DNA of 64,000 nucleotides from Amoebophrya sp. A120 (taxonomy: Eukaryota > Protista > Dinoflagellata), in the NCBI GenBank assembly GCA_905178155.1, contig CAJINV010000005.1:2048054-2112053 (forward strand), written 5' to 3'. Within the stretch, counting starts at the first letter, position 1; every line of letters starts with the position of its first letter. Below are positions 61,878-64,000 of the stretch, piece after piece. The notes beneath the pieces are model-generated. The model was not told the origin of the DNA, searched no databases, and saw only the letters and a program-made list of their open reading frames with translations. The position numbers were made by a program, and so were the translations under genes.

Positions 61878-63339
61878 TTTGTTTTTGATTGATTTCCTCC
61901 TTGTAGCCGGAGGTGCCTTTTTATTTATCGAGGGAAGTTGTGGAACTCGAACTTCTCGCTTAGCTTTTTCGTTTTATCAACTCTTCATCAATTATACCGC
62001 CACTGGATATAGCTCTAAAATCAAGTTCGTCAACTAGGTGCCGAGACCTAATCCAAAACACAGCACCAGTTCGAATTTCAGCATCTACTTCTGGAGCAGG
62101 CGGAGTAGTCAGTACTACAAAAAAGACAAACTCGGAACAAACACCAGCGTGCTGCGAGGACAAAAGTTGTGCTTAATTATAATATAAAAAAAAGCAGCAC
62201 GTTGCTGCTGAACGACAAATAATTCCAAAGGTGTGCAAAACGCTTCGCCACGGCAAGCGTAGCGAGAGGGACAGAAATTGCGATCAAAATTCTAGACCAT
62301 GTTCTTCACGAAGAGTAGAACAATTTATGATCGTACCTACTTATGTCGAAGAATCTTCTTGAACTCTTGCTTTTGCCTCCAAGACAAGGACACTATCCTA
62401 GCACTGACACAGGACTCGCCTGCTTTTTCATTCATCTTGCCAAGATGTTGCAGGTCAAAATGTTGAGAACGGGGCGTGTGTACGCATTCGTGTCTTATTC
62501 ATCATGACAAGCATGTTATAACTTTCCCAGTCTGATGAACAAATCCGCCTGTTCGTACATCTTCTTGCAGATCTTGTTTCAACCTTCTTTTATTCACATC
62601 CAGACACGATAAGTATCTGTCGCAGGGGAAAGCACCACTGCTGCAAAAATGCTTACGCCCTCACCTGCAGCTCGTGCTGGTACTTACGTCGGTACGGATG
62701 CTTCTCGTCGTAGCAGACGGCGAAACAGTGGCGGACTTTTCCCAGCGCATATTCCCGCTCCGCTTCCAAATCATTCCTTGTTGAGGGGCATCCAGTGCAA
62801 AAATCGGTCCAGGTCGGGAAGGAAGAAGAAGCTTTATTTGTCATGCATACCCATAGCCGTCCGAATAAAATTTGTCATGCTTGGCTGCGTAAGAAATATG
62901 TTTCAAGTGTCTGAACTCCCATAATTCACGAACCCTTATTGCAACTTTCCTCCAGAGTAGACCCAGACACGATATCTGCAACTGTCGGATAAAGTATCCA
63001 ACTTCGGATGCGTATAATTATCTTCCAACAGCGCTGCAATATGGAACTGTCAGGATCGAAATCAAGAAAATCGAAATAATTTGTGATGCATAAAATCTAT
63101 ACCAGTTGGCGCCTCAGTTTCTAAGTGGCGCATGACAAATTTTGGGAGCAACAAAATTCAGTCTGTCATGCTGCTTGAGCAAAAAGACTGCTCCTGCCAT
63201 GCTACTCTAGCAGCATATCGTCTTCCCCTAAACAGGCTTTCACTCGGTCTTATTTGCCTGATCCCCAACACAGGTCATGCGTGCCCTACATTTTATGCAT
63301 TACAAATTTTTAGATTTTGTCGATTTCAAACCTGACACA

Positions 63340-63906
63340 TCCATATGCAACTTCGTCGGCGTACTCCTCCCAACTCAACCCGGTGGCGGGCGAATTCGCT
63401 ATGGCCTGCTCAAATCGGTTACCATCTCAAACGTTACAATAGAGTCTGGAGCTTTTTGTGTTGCATGATGAGCATGACAGACTCGCACAACGTTCCACCT
63501 TTTGCAATACAAATTTCGCCAGATTGTCGTGGGGTTTGGGGCTCCGGAACTTGTGGTCATGCGCAATTCTATGAGAGTTGCCTAGATCATGCAGTCTTGC
63601 ATCACAGATTTCCAGACTCTATTGTAACCGATTTGAGTATTGTAACACCTGAGCAGGTCATATTCGCGGTCAGGATTTTTTCCTGGTTTTCGCAGTACTG
63701 TCGCAGCCTCTCCACGGCTTCCACCCGCTTTCCCAGGGCAAAGTTGCACTGGATCTCAAAAGACGTCAGCTTGTGCATCAAGTAATGGTGCTCCGGCGGC
63801 AGGAGAAGTCGAATTCGCTGGCTTGCCCCGCTCGGACTTGTTGCAACAGTTTCCTCGGCAGTGAGTTCGCCTCGCAGCGACAACAGCCAGTGGAACGCCT
63901 GCGCGG
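63340..63906 (-). CDS. Internal exons of a gene continuing beyond the window; helical, possibly a SMYD-like C-terminal region
   Basis: LLPPEHHYLMHKL...ALGKRVEAVERL...TAN|SPATGLSWEEYAD joined across introner 63400. Confidence 0.45.
63400..63662. mobile_element. Introner with ~50-bp imperfect TIR
   Basis: TSD ttcgc. Confidence 0.9.
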
Positions 63907-64000
63907 TATCAAAAAGAAAAATACCCCCCCCATATCAAAACGAAATTTCTGATGCTGGATGTGGATACACAAATCGCGTCTGTCTTGCAGCAGAGGACTG
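63907..64000. mobile_element. Introner family C, truncated by window end
   Basis: Left TIR TATCAAAAAGAAAAATACCCCCCCCATATC. Confidence 0.8.

Overview
This is eukaryotic genomic DNA. All credible host genes lie on the - strand and are fragmented by more than 55 short (130-380 bp) terminal-inverted-repeat elements. These have TAT(C/G/T)...(G/C/A)ATA ends, 5-bp target duplications and no GT-AG borders; removing each element plus one TSD copy restores the reading frame. The architecture matches the non-canonical 'introner' introns reported for the parasitic dinoflagellate Amoebophrya (organism assignment is my inference). Manual de-splicing gives: a hypothetical gene (14226-10884); an 18-kb gene encoding a ComB-like/His-phosphatase/ComB/His-phosphatase-like four-domain fusion (33428-14988); a membrane protein; a SMYD-type SET-MYND methyltransferase; an FN3-domain protein; RTRAF/CGI-99; and partial genes. 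The most unusual feature is a separate class of insertion: heterogeneous 0.66-1.36 kb segments, each flanked by a 36-72 bp duplication of host sequence, usually stacked repeatedly at the same site as repeat-cassette-repeat arrays (120-3595, 4036-6339, 28983-30903, 43077-44549). One array sits inside a coding exon. Two large non-autonomous TIR elements carrying tandem repeats are also present. Coordinates were counted by hand, and no database search or transcript evidence was available.
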